Origin: Bigelowiella natans CCMP2755
Lineage: Eukaryota; Protista; Cercozoa
DNA: 50,268 nucleotides
Assembly (NCBI GenBank): GCA_000320545.1
Contig: ADNK01001287.1
Location: 1 to 50,268 of the forward strand
Direction: 5' to 3'
Every line of letters starts with the position of its first letter. The stretch's first letter is position 1. The translations under genes were made by a program, and so were the position numbers. Positions 13,629 through 26,075 of the stretch are shown in pieces. A model generated the notes under the pieces. That model searched no databases and was not told where the DNA came from. It saw only the letters and a list, made by a program, of their open reading frames with translations.

Positions 13629-14306
13629 GATATTGCTACGTCTCAAACGTCACTAAAACTGCACGTTATCGTCGTCGTCATCATACCAGGTATCAGCAGG
13701 CGCAGGAGCTGGAAACAGAGAGCCTCCACCCGATGGTACGCGAGCATCCTGAGACCGGCCGGTTGGCCCTGTTCGTAAACTCGATGTTCACCACGCGCAT
13801 CGAGGGCATGACCGTCACCGAGTCAAAACCGATCTTGGAGTACCTCTTCGCACAAGTTGGGATGCCGAACCTCACTTGCCGGTGAGGGGGAGGGGGAGGG
13901 GGAGGGGGGGGGGTGGGAAGGGGAGATGGGGTACAAATTAGGAGACCCTACCCTTGTATGGTGGTGCGGGCAACAACGTAGGAAACGCGTTCTTTTTCGT
14001 GTTCTCCGACGCCGCCCGCGGCAGGGTGCAAGAGCGTTGTGTCGTGGCTCGCTTGTTCTTAATCGATAGTAGACACGCCCATCTTTTCCCCCTCCCAACA
14101 GCAGTTTCGGCGTCGTTCATCGTTGCTCATGTGTTTGGTGGCTGCCTGTTGTGCTCTTGATATACACTACCATCAGGTTCCGCTGGCGAAGCGGCGACGT
14201 GGCCATGTGGGACAATCGATGCCTACAACACGTCGCGATCGGAGATAACACCAGCCACCGAAGGATCATGCGCCGCGTCACCCTCAAGGGAGATGTGCCC
14301 TTTTAG
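12442..14306 (+). CDS. TauD/TfdA-family Fe(II)/alpha-ketoglutarate dioxygenase with an Arg-rich, mitochondrial-type presequence
   Basis: Five exons. Motifs: [25 protein letters not shown] (HxD), [43 protein letters not shown] and RIMRRVTL. Confidence 0.92.
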
Positions 14307-15704
14307 ACAGCGACGGACTCGCAATGCGAGCAAAGATTGGGAAGACAAGCAGCAGCATCCATCTGCTGTTCATCGCCAGTATCTAAAGCACTAAATCTTT
14401 TTGGCGCTACAAAGCAAGCGCGCAGTTTACACGATTACTCTCCGGCGTGGAAGTAGTTATTTTCCGTTTTCTCGGAGATTGCAAAGCCCTCCTGCCTCTT
14501 CTGCTGTACAGGGAGCACTGCTGTGCGAAGCAGACGCTGGGACAGAGAGGCGGAGAGGCACCATGACATTCTTGTTTTTTTCCTACTTATTTTTTTCCTA
14601 TTTTGTTTTTAGGATCGCATTTCCAATGCATACCTACAATTTGATTATATGACGTGACGGAATGTACAGCTGTATTAAATTTGTCGACATCTTGGTAACT
14701 TGACATGCAGGTCGTCATGGTGCGTGGGCGCATTCTAGCATTGTAGGTTGCCTAGCTAGCTAGCTCCCACACTCTAGCACTCCATGGCACATAAACATGG
14801 TTGCTATGTGTTCTAGTGTTGTCTCTCCAGCTGTGCCCGCTAGCCTGCTGTAATGACATGTAGCGATGACGTGTACGTGTGATGCTGCGTGAGAGTGGGA
14901 TTCTGCAAGCTAGCTATTAGTCTAAGCATGTGTCAGCACTATGAGAACAACGCCTCGCTCCGCCGCCTGATCTATAGCTGCTAGCTAGCTATATGCCTGG
15001 CGGAGATGTGTACTAGTCGTAGTTTTGTGCACACGATGCGTTCTAGCGCTAATCGACGCAGCAGTACAAGCTAGCAAGTACAGCACGCGCTGCTCGCTAT
15101 CTAGTTCTGGCTACATAGCTAGATAGCATAGCCTCATAGAGCTAGATAATTGTTGGTAATGCGGCGCAGCTCGCATGCATGGCTACATGCACGCCATACT
15201 ACTCGCTTCACATGTACGAGTGGTATCTCGTACGAATTCATTACGCTCCATCACTATGCCAGCGACACATACACACACACACACACACACAGGCTTCATT
15301 GGTTGCGACATCATGCTCTTGTGAACGAATCGAAGGGTTTATCGAATATGTAACGTTTGGCCAACGCGGTGCAGATTTATACATAAACGAATGAGAGTTA
15401 TTGGGTGGTGGCATGGACCACCGTCATGATAGTACCTGGGATCTAGGGCATATATCAACAACGCAGGCACACCTCTCTCTGGTACGAATCCTTTTTGTTC
15501 TCTCAATCTCTCTCTCTCTTACTCTTACTCTTACTCTTTTTAGATAGCTATACCATTTGACTACAGGGTTCTATATTTTTCCTTTATCATACAACATATA
15601 TACACATACAAACGCACCATATCGTTTTACAGTTATTATCTGCACAAAAATACACCGACACAGCGCCCCGCTCAGAAGACGAGCGACCGACTGACAGGAG
15701 TTTA

Positions 15705-18700
15705 CTATGCGTCATACGCCGGGGCGCTCGGCTCCCCCGCCAACACTACATACGAGGTTTCTATCTGGCCTTGGCCTGCCCCTCCCCCCGACTGGTAGTA
15801 GGAGGCAGCAGCAGTGCGGGGATATTGAATGACGGTGTCCACCACGCGCACCCCAGGCCTTGGCGGCGCAGCAGGGCTACCGCTGCTTCGCACAGGGGAG
15901 GCTACCACGTATGCGGGAACGATGGCGGCTGGGGCACCGGCTGAACGCCTTGTCTGCGCTGCTGGTACTGCAACTACTGGGTAGGTCCTCACGGCGTGCG
16001 GTGGCATGGTTGTTGTTGTTGTTGTTGGAATTATCGTAGGGGGGGTGGCTCCGAGCCCCACCCGACCGCCTCGAGTGCGAGCAGGGTTTTTCCGGTCCGA
16101 AGGGAAGCGATAGGGTGTGGAGGAGGAGGAGGAGAAGGAGGAGGAGGGAACTGCGATGGACGACAACGGAATAAGCTGCGGGTAGAGCGAAGCAGCAGGA
16201 GCAGGAGCAGGGGCAGCAGAAAACCGAGTCCTGCGAACGGTGGGGGGAGGGGCGGAGGAAAAGGGGATGTACATTAGCTTAATTTTTGATGAAGGGGTGA
16301 GTCCAGGGGAGGGGGGTGAAGGGGGGGCAGGAAGAAGGAAACCAGACTCTTGCTGCGAGACTCTCTATCTAACGAACCAACGGAGCAGCAATAGAATGAA
16401 GCTCGCGCTGATATGCTCTGCTCTACTTTCTGGCTACTATCACCACCTTGAGGTGTTCCTGCCGCCCGCCACTAATGGCCGACGCGGGCTCCACTGCTGA
16501 GACAGCAGCGGTTGTGATGCCGGCACGTACACCCGGTTCAGTCTCTCCAGGGCGATTTCCTCCTCGACCTTCTTGCGCATCTTCGTCTCGAAAGCTAATT
16601 TCCCGCCATTGTTTACAGCGTGGGGGGGGCGGGAAATGCTTGTTTTGAGGTCCGCCCCGCATGCATCGCATTTCTGGACGTCCGAGAAGTTGAGGGCTTG
16701 GCAGCTACGCACGAGGGAGAACGAATGGGGGGAGAGGGGGGGGGGGGGGACAGAAATTCAGAGAAGTAAATATGCGGCAACTGTATTAGGTCGCGGGTGT
16801 GGCGTTATTAGTAACTGGATGCATCGAAAGCTCAGGCTACAACTCTCTGCTGGTTTGTTTTTCTTCTTCTTCCTCTTCTTCCGAGTTAGCTGTACTGGTA
16901 ATATCCACTACTTACTACCTCGGGCAAACTTTCATCGATGAGGAGTTGCTCCGAACTCTTCCCCTGTTGGCGCTGCTAGCACTGGCCGTGCTGCTGCTAT
17001 ACGCCAGAAGTCCCTGCCTTGCCTCGTCTCCCCCGTCCTCCTCCTCCTCCCCTCTAGCTATCATCGATCTCTTTTGAACAACACTAGCACCGCGGGCACC
17101 TCTCCTACCACGAGTGCTCTGTTTGCGTCTTCGATCAAAGACCGCCAGGCGCGCCTGTTTTTTGGTTTGGGAAGAAGGTGAGATGCGGGATGGTTATTAC
17201 TAGCACACGTGCGGGGAGAAACGGGTAATTAAGGGAAGGGGGCGATAGGAGGAGATGGAGGGACGCATGTTTTCCTGGTTAAACTTTACCTCGAGTTTGC
17301 CGCGGAGATGTTGCTTCATTTCCGGTGTGAGGCCATCGTCCACCTGCTCAACCGGAAACCACTCAGTACAAACAGTCCGGCGACATAATGAAGAAGAAAG
17401 AGAGGAGTGGCAGTTAACGACCTGCTCCGTAACCACGCCATAATTGCTCGGCTCGGATTTCTGGTCACGAGGGTTTTGATGATAGCGCCTTTGAAAAGCG
17501 AGTGCCAAGTTCTCCACGCGCTTCGCATGTGGAAGCGAAGGCGGGCCAACCATAACAAGTTCCTGTATAATCATAACATACATCTCTTTGAAAACTCAAG
17601 TTTCGAAAAAGCGGCGGGGCGGGTTGAGCTACCACGTCCTGATCGGCAGATTGAGGGCGCGGCATAGGCATCCTTGGGATTATGGCGTTGTAGCGAGCGG
17701 CTGAAGGGTTGTTTTGCCTCTGGCTTCTGCCTCTTAAATTGGCTGACCTCCTACGCGATCGGACGAGGCTCACGACAAAGATCAGTATCACGAAGACAAG
17801 GAGTCCAGCCATGGCGCCTAGCAACGATTTAGAAATTAGGGGGGGAGGGTCGGCTTGTCTCCGAAATATTTCTAAATTGAATACGGGACGGGTTGCCACT
17901 TTCATTTACTCACCCAAATATGCGAGCCTTCTTAGTATCTTTGCCCCAAAGCAATCAAAGCATGGAGGCCCAGCGCAAACTCGCTTCCAACCCGGGGGCG
18001 GCGGCAGGTTGGTGTCAGCCTCATCACCCTCAATAAAAACGACCCCGCTCGTCCCAGTCAGGTCCAGTTCCAAGTAACAACCTGTAGCAATGATATCGTC
18101 GATGATTATTCTTCTGGAGGGGATGATAAGATGGAGATGCAGCGAAGTAGCCGCATAGCAAATACTCCGGTTTGTATTTTTGCCACGATTTTACTATAAA
18201 GATGACGAGGGAGGGATCGATACCACGGCTAGCGAAGGTACCCTCGGAGGAACTCCCATTGCCTAAGAAGGGAAGACCGAGATCAAATGCAGCCTCTGCA
18301 CACTCGTTTCTGTCCGTGACAGCTTCTGATCCTGGTGACTGATATGTAGACAATCATGATCATCAAACTAACAGCTGGTAACATTGGAAATACTATTCCC
18401 AATAAGGCCCAGGACCACACCAAATCATTTATCAGAGAAATGTTACATGTTTAAGTAATAAAGAACCAAGGAATATCGTATCATCTAATAAAAACCGTTT
18501 CAACTCCATATTAACCGGAATCAAACTCCTGCATTCCTTCCGTAATAACATCGAAAGAGCATAACTAAAGGCGGACTGACCGAGCAATTTGCATGAATCG
18601 AATAATGATCGAGATCGTAACCAAAATGGTGCCTATGCCCGTGGTTAGTTGCCCCGTGAATGACGTTTACGCCTTTGACGAAGGTAAGGAAGAGAATGAT

Positions 18701-18715
18701 GGAGGTGGCCATCAT
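15705..18715 (-). CDS. Type I single-pass membrane protein: signal peptide, Cys-rich ectodomain, TM helix, cytoplasmic RanBP2-like zinc ribbon, Pro-rich tail
   Basis: Signal MMATSIILFLTFVKG. Ectodomain exons ECAEAAFDLG and GCYLE..RVCAGPPCFDC. TM GLLVFVILIFVVSLV followed by RSRRR. Spliced CPS|CQALNFSDVQKCDAC. Last exon in frame to stop at 15705. Confidence 0.65.
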
Positions 18716-19298
18716 GGTGTTTCGAGGCACGTGTAAATGCACTCAGACTAAGTCGCATAGAACATATTTATTCGGTAAAAATAATCGTCCTAAGGATGCC
18801 CGTTTATATTGGAAGGCACCTGCTGTATAATAATACAACCTCTATTTTATGGACAACAATGACAATCAAGCTAGGCTTCATCTTCTGAAATAGTATGCCG
18901 AAGAATTCTGTGTCGAAAAAAGACAGGAAATGTGAGAGAATTTTTTTCCGCGCTGCTGTATTGGTTCAGTGCAGATTTATTATGACGACTTCTTATGTAA
19001 GATGTCGCAAAAACAAATGGAATTTCATTTTAGACAAATAAGCCCTTCCTATACTCGCACAAGACTTTGTACGGTCCAAAATAGGTCGAATCATTTGAAG
19101 ATCTATTTGTTGCTAAATAACCTATAGGCAAATCAAGCGTCTGGACATATATTTTGTCTTACATAATTAAACGAATGATAATTTGGAACTCGAAAGAGTA
19201 GAACTACGTCTAAATCTTAAACAGCAGAACTCCATTGGCGCCCTCCATCTGTCCCCCTATCACGCTGCTCTTTCCGATAGAGGGGAGATCTGGCAACC

Positions 19299-22200
19299 AT
19301 GGAATCATCGTTTTCAAGCAAAGAGCTGAAGCAGATACTTTCGAAATCGTACATAATATTGCATTTCATCCAACTTCTCACATGCGTCAGCATTTTTTTA
19401 AATTTTGGTCCGACGTCCACTTCTGCCGGGAAACACTCGATCAGAAAAGTACCACTGCTTCATTCATTATATGATTTTTCAATTATTTCATTCGTTTGAT
19501 AGGTATTTGAAAGCGCTCACACGTGATAAGCTTATCACACGGCTGAGGGTAAGCCGAGATTCTCATTTTAGTTACATCCATCATTACTTCGTACTCATGC
19601 TCCGACTTTTTGCATTTGATTTTTCATAGAAACTCGCCAAGGTTTTGACAAAGCATTCTCAAAATAACCCCGAGGCTATTTCTGATGTCACTGCTGCGCT
19701 TGTTCAACCGAGCCTAATGAAGCATAAGAATCAAGAAGTGCAGATACTTATTGCACTGTGCATCAGCGAAATCATACGGATTCACGCTCCAGACGCGCCT
19801 TACGACGACCGAATTCTAATTAAGATATTCCAGTTATTCATTTCGCAATTTCCGGGCCTTTCCAAAAAATCTTCCCACTCAATGAAGTACTTCCATTTGA
19901 TAGAGGCTTTGTACATGTCAAAGGCTTACCTCATATTGGGGGATATTGACGATGATGAGAAGCTCCGAATTAAGATGTTCAATACCTTCTTTGACCTCAA
20001 GAAACAAGGTATCACTACAAGGGTGGAATATTTCATGATAGAGATTATGAGGGGGCTTTTGGAGGAAGCCGAGGGATTGACACAGGGCCTGCTAGACGTA
20101 ATCCTGGAACGACTAACAGCCGTCCCAGAAAGCGACGAGGATGAGGACGGTCCTTGTCAAATGGCTCTAAGTCTCATAGAGAGAGCAGAAGAGCAGCTGG
20201 ATCCACCTATTTCTCATTTTCTCACAGAAACAATCCTGAGATCTAATGAAACAAGCAGTGCTATCAGTGAGAGAGAGGAGCTTTTCAACATCTTTCACCA
20301 CCTGGCAGTAAACCGAAGAGAAATGGTGTTTCGAATCCTCAATGAGTATGTTGCCAAATTTAGAGATGAAGATGCCAACAAGCGGAAGGAAGCAGTAGAT
20401 TTCTTTGGGAGACTCCTATCATCACCAGGTTGTGTCCTCTCCACTCAAGTCCATTCGATCATTACGGCATTCGCGGGCAGGACAAATGACCTTGACGCTA
20501 AGATCCGCACTACTACGACAAAATATTTTGTAAAAATCCTCCCAAGAATTGACGACAACAGATTATCAATCAAGCTTCAGCAGATACTAAAGAGTAAATG
20601 TAAAGACCCAGACGAGGATGTACGGAAGGAAGCCATTTCGGCGATCGTTGGAACAATACAGGACAATCCAGGCTGTGTAAACCCGAAGCTTTTGTTCGCA
20701 GTCGGCGGGCGTGTCATGGATAAGAAAACGAAGGTACGACGCGAAGCACTAATTGGACTGGCAACAATTTTCAAGGACCATATCGCTGAGAAATGGAAAA
20801 ATGGGAGCGGAGTCGATGCCACCGCGCGGAACTTCATGTGGATTCCAAACCGCCTCATGGTCGTTGCAGCGACTGACGATATAATGACGCAATATTTCAT
20901 CGAGGGGATCCTTGATGAACTCATCATACACGATTCCTTTACCCCCTCAGAGAGAATGCGCTGCCTAGTCGGCGTATTCGCCAACTTTTCAGCCGACAGC
21001 GCTAAGATCTTCAGGAAGCTTATCGCAAAGAAGAAGGCGGCGAGGGAAAAAACAATCTCAGCACTTAAGATTCTTGAAGAAAAATATAGCGAAGAGGAAA
21101 CCGAGATATCTCTGAATGTGTTGGCAAGGCAACTGCCAGAGCCGGCGCAAAACTACTCAGCAAAAAAGATTTTGCGGGATCTCTTTACTCACAAGAATTC
21201 CAAGATCAAGCAGCTCCTGGGGAAGATTCTAGATACGAGCACAGAGTACCGAGTCCAACGGGCCTCGAAGGTAGAGCTTCTTAAGACTCTAAATCTGAGG
21301 GGAGTGCCCTACCTCTTCGTGAAGCGCCTTCTGCAGCGCATCAGTTCCACTCTATTCCCGATCGATGGTATCCAGACACTGTTCGAAGAAACAAGCAAAC
21401 ACATGAGGGAAAAAAGAGATATGCTCGCTGACTCGGGTCTGAGTCTTCTCGAGATTGCGGCTGAATACTCCTCATCTAGCCTCGACCTCGTTGTGCCACA
21501 GCTCATCGCCGAGGCCTCAAGCTGTGGGCGCAAGTTTTTGCCAAAGTTGCTGCGACTGGCTTCCTTGTGCGACCTTCAAAACCAGGAAGATGCAGAAGAG
21601 ACTGTCAATACTCTGTTACCCTTTGTCGAGTACCGTACGATTGGTGAATCAATTCCGGTCGCCAAATTTGCAGCACGGTGCTTGTGGAAGACCCCCCATT
21701 CCGGTCGTGGTCTCCGGGCTGCGGCAAAGACCCTCTCCGCCAATCTCTCACTTTCTAAGAAGCTCCCGGCTCAGCTGCGGGCTCTAGGCGAGATCGCTCT
21801 TGGGGATCCAGATGCAATAAATAGCCTTACCGAGGACAAAGTTTGCCAGTTTGTTGTGGAGGAGGTTTTCCCTAGTTCGCCGAAAGGCGAGAAAAAGATG
21901 ATGCTCGCGATGGACTCGAAACTCGCGGGGATTAAGTTTCTTCAAAACTTGCTACTTGGTGTCCCAGAGCCGGAGGCAGTACTTGATGATAGGTTCGCCA
22001 TGGTGTCAGCCGCCTTGGTCGAACTTCTCCAAGAAGAAGAGCAGCACCTTGGTGAGTGATGTGATGCAACGACTATCTAATCCACATGCACTTTGCTCGC
22101 CCCCCCCCCCCCCCCCTCTTCCCCTCTCTATTCTCTTCTCTCTATCTATATAATTTTCTTATTTTCTGATATCACACGGCAGTCATTGAGGTAGCGGCTG

Positions 22201-22703
22201 CCAAAGCGCTCACGAAGTTATGCACTAAGCGTGTGTACTACAAAAGACTTCGAAAGAGTCCGAGCGTGCTCTGTAGTATGGCCCAGGTGCTTGAATCAGA
22301 GGACGAAGAAGCTGTCACGGTTGTTTTCAAATATCTACCAAGTTTTCATATTTAGCCATCTTAGATCCGTCCTAGTTCTTTGGTTTCTCCTCTAACAATC
22401 ATGCCCACCATTTGTGCTTTGTCAGTCGTTCGGGAAGTACCTTGTGAATAAGCTCGGGAGGAAGCCGATGGCGCCTTTCGATTTTATCTCGTTTTTCGCA
22501 CTCTGCCTGCACGTCAAGACTTTCAAGCAGCTGTTCTTGAGGCAATTGCGTATGCTCATTGCCAAAAGAAGGTTCTCTCCCTCAAAATAACTCGCATTTA
22601 TTCAATGTCGAGCTGCGGATTTCTCAAACAGAGATATTTCTTAAAGGAGGCGAAAACGCTTCCTTTTTCTCTTTCTTTCTTTTTCCCCCTTTTTTTTACC
22701 TAT

Positions 22704-22746
<43 letters not shown>

Positions 22747-24565
22747 CACAACATTACCAACCGTGGTGTCAGGGACTTGATCAAGCAATCAAGTATGATG
22801 AAGCCGGTAGGGGCCGTGCAAATGGCTCAAAACTACCCTGAGAACTCCACTGCGACGCTCGTTTACATCCTCTCGAAACACCCGCGGGTCGAGGAAGACC
22901 AGCCCAATTTTAAGCACTTCTACAAGGTGCTCACACACTTCTTCGACATCTTTATTCACGGAGGTCAAGACCAGCACGTCGTTATGATCTCCAACATTTT
23001 GGCAAGAATCAAGCTGCACAGGTTTGCTGTGATGATACTTTAGAAGGAGTAGTTGTAGCAGCCGTAATAGTAGTGGTAGTAGTTGTTGGGGACCGGCTAT
23101 AGCGAGAATTTGGATGGAGCTTCTAATTCACCTCTCCCTCCTATACAGACACTCATACGCACACACAAACGCAAACACAAAAACACAAAACATGCATTGC
23201 AGTGACGTTGAGGATGAGAGCAACGAGAACATCTATCGGATCGCCGAGCTCGCTCACCACGCGCTCACTACCAAGATGAAGGGCAAGAACTGGACCGAAG
23301 CATCGCATCCCATCGAGATCCCCCTCCCTCCCTGGCTCTACAGAAAGAAGAAGGACGGCAAGCTGGTTCAAAATCAGTACATTCCAAGCAATTTTTCGTC
23401 GACGCCAAAAGGCAAGACCGGTGGCTCGCGTTCCAAGAAACGATCTCAGAAGAAGCGGGCTGGAGGGGAAGAGGACGGAGGAGAGGAGGACGAGGAAGAG
23501 GCAGGCGAGGAGGAGTACCTCCCGAGCTCGGCCTCGAAGGGATCTCGCAGGAAAAGAAAGAAACAAAGGAACAGCATAGATGAAAAGGAAAACGAACGCG
23601 GAGATCAGAATGTCGTTCCAGAGAGCAGCAGCAGCAGTAGCAGCAGCAAGGGAAGAACTACCCCAGTAAGAGCGCTGCGCGCGCGTCACTCTCGCAACAC
23701 TAGGAGCAACACGAAGAATCAAAGTAGCAGTGACGATGACAACGACGAGGAAGAGGAAGTTGGTGATAATGAGGAGGAGGAAGAGGAGGAGGAAGCTGAT
23801 GAGCAAAAAACTAAGAGTAATAGAGAAAAACACCACCACCACTACCACCATCACCAGGAAAATAATATTCACGGAATCGTAAAAAAATAGTTAGTAGAAA
23901 AGCAGTAGTTTGCTTTGTCTTAACGCTGTATCCCAAATATCACGCCTAACGCCGATGGTTCTCCTGCATGGGAAAACCACCGTTTTCGCTGGAGTGATGT
24001 TGGCACTGCTACGACCATATATAGATATCTTGTAGATGGTGCTGTGAAGTAAATCACATATACCTGTGTCTGTGGGTGTGTATGTGAGTAGGTGGCCGAA
24101 GCTCTAGGCGATCCTCAAGGCGGAATGCCTCTTCAGCGGCTAAGAAGTCGCCCGCGAACAAGAAAAAGACGAATGCTCGGTCACCAGTCTCCAAAAGGGC
24201 AGTACGGAAATCCCCTAGAAAATCACTACGAGCATCTCCGGGTGCCAAGAAAAGGCCAAGCCCGGACACAGCTGCTTCGAAGGTAGCAATCTTCAAAACG
24301 CAGCAGCCACCAGAGGCGCGTCTACGCCTTGAGTGGTGTTTTTAATATGGCACAATGCGTAGTATCAAGTAGTGGCAGTAGGGGCCGGTCTTTTTTTGGT
24401 GGAACCCTGCTGCTCTCCTCTTCTTTTGAACTGAGGGTGGCTTTTTTGGTTCGAATGTCTTCTCTATCGTTTAGCCTGCGAAGAAGACTAGACGTGGAAG
24501 GGCTGCGGTTAAGGCTAAAAAAAAGCAAGTGGAGAGCGATGATGGTATGTATTTGTGTGGTGTGC

Positions 24566-24601
<36 letters not shown>

Positions 24602-24841
24602 GTTTATGCGCAATATTGATGTAATTCTAATCACTATTCATGGAAAATTTTGTTTTCTAAAGGAGTGCTACCGTTTCAGTAGTCGATATTATTCTTGTCC
24701 TTTTTTGTGGCATTTACTTACCTACTTTTTGGCATCGCCTCCCAACATCCCTACTACCACCACACAGAAGAAGTTTCTGAGATAGACGAGATGGAGGAAC
24801 CAGAACGACCACGCCGACCCCGTAGAAGGCTGCGAAGATAA
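19299..24841 (+). CDS. PDS5: Sister chromatid cohesion protein PDS5
   Basis: N-terminal LMKHKNQEVQILIALCISEIIRIHAPDAPYDD, HEAT repeats with DPDEDVRKEAI, RVMDKKTKVRREALIGLA and WIPNRL, YPE..LVYILSKHP, and a long charged C-terminal tail. Multi-exon, with an 804-aa central exon. Confidence 0.93.
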
Positions 24842-24928
24842 AAATTGCTCGAGGCGAATTATCGAAGCTGGATTGAACGCCCTGCTTCCTGTGCAAGAAT
24901 CGCTACTATAGTGGCGATTAGCGATCTT

Positions 24929-24960
<32 letters not shown>

Positions 24961-26075
24961 TCCAAAATAGGGTGTTTAATTACCCCAGCTGAATAGAGAA
25001 AGCAATTTGATAGAGACTAGTATTGCTTCTACTCATCATTGCTTACACGCGCACACGATGGGAAGGCCCATCGCAACCAGAAAATAGATTTACTGGTTAG
25101 CTAGCAGAATTTACATACCGTAGTAGTCGAATGTCCAATAGAGTACGTCAGGAGTAGCATCTATCAAACTTTAAGGCAATAAATAGTAATAAACGAGACG
25201 GATTGCTGAAACACAAGTCCATGCTATCTAGCATGCATGCCATCGTGACTCTGCATGCGACTTGGCGCACACTTTGAGCAGCTGCCATGTGCATGATCAC
25301 TACACCACCACTTCTTGACTCACGCAGCACAGATGGCGGACAAGGAACACATCGTATCGATCATCGAACATGCTAGCATGTATGCATTCATCGATCCGCG
25401 CTACAGGTATCTAGATGTGCTCAGCTCCAGCGATTACTAGATTAGTTGTTCAGGTCCTGCTGCTGTGCGCTGTGCCCTAGCGCGCTGCAATGTGCACTAC
25501 ACCGCTGCAGTCTAGCATGATAGACATGCAATACACCATGTACACGCAATGTACACATTGTGTTGCTGTGTCTATCATTAGCATGCCACCATGCTAGCAT
25601 GCTGGCCATAATAGACACAGCAATATGCTATGTACATTGCACACATTGTGCATTGCATGTCCATCATGGCCTGCCAACGCACGTATGCACTTGCAAATTG
25701 CTGTGTTGTTCTCACAGCAATGCATTGTTAAAGCATGCAACGTGCTGCTGCCGACTAGCTAGCTAGTCAGCCAGCTGCTGCAGCGAGACTGGCTAGCTAG
25801 CTAGTGAGGACCGCTCGCTTGTGCCAGAACAACCACCGAATTGCAATGGACATGGCAATGCCACACTAGCACACATGCTAGCATGCACAGCTAGACAGTG
25901 CATGGCACATGCACAATGTCACGGTGTCTGTCACAAACATCCCTGTGCAGTTATCATGACTTTAAATTTTTAAGAGAGGCATGCACATGATGGCATGTAC
26001 ATGTTCACAATGGACATAGTACTAATGTGTGGTGTGTAGTGTGCATGTAGTGTTGCGGTGTCCATCATAATTCGC

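Noticed and set aside
23153-23872. 239-aa hydrophobic minus-strand ORF, and the similar 47695-48162
   Set aside because: These are antisense shadows of E/K/D-rich exons of PDS5 and the coiled-coil gene.
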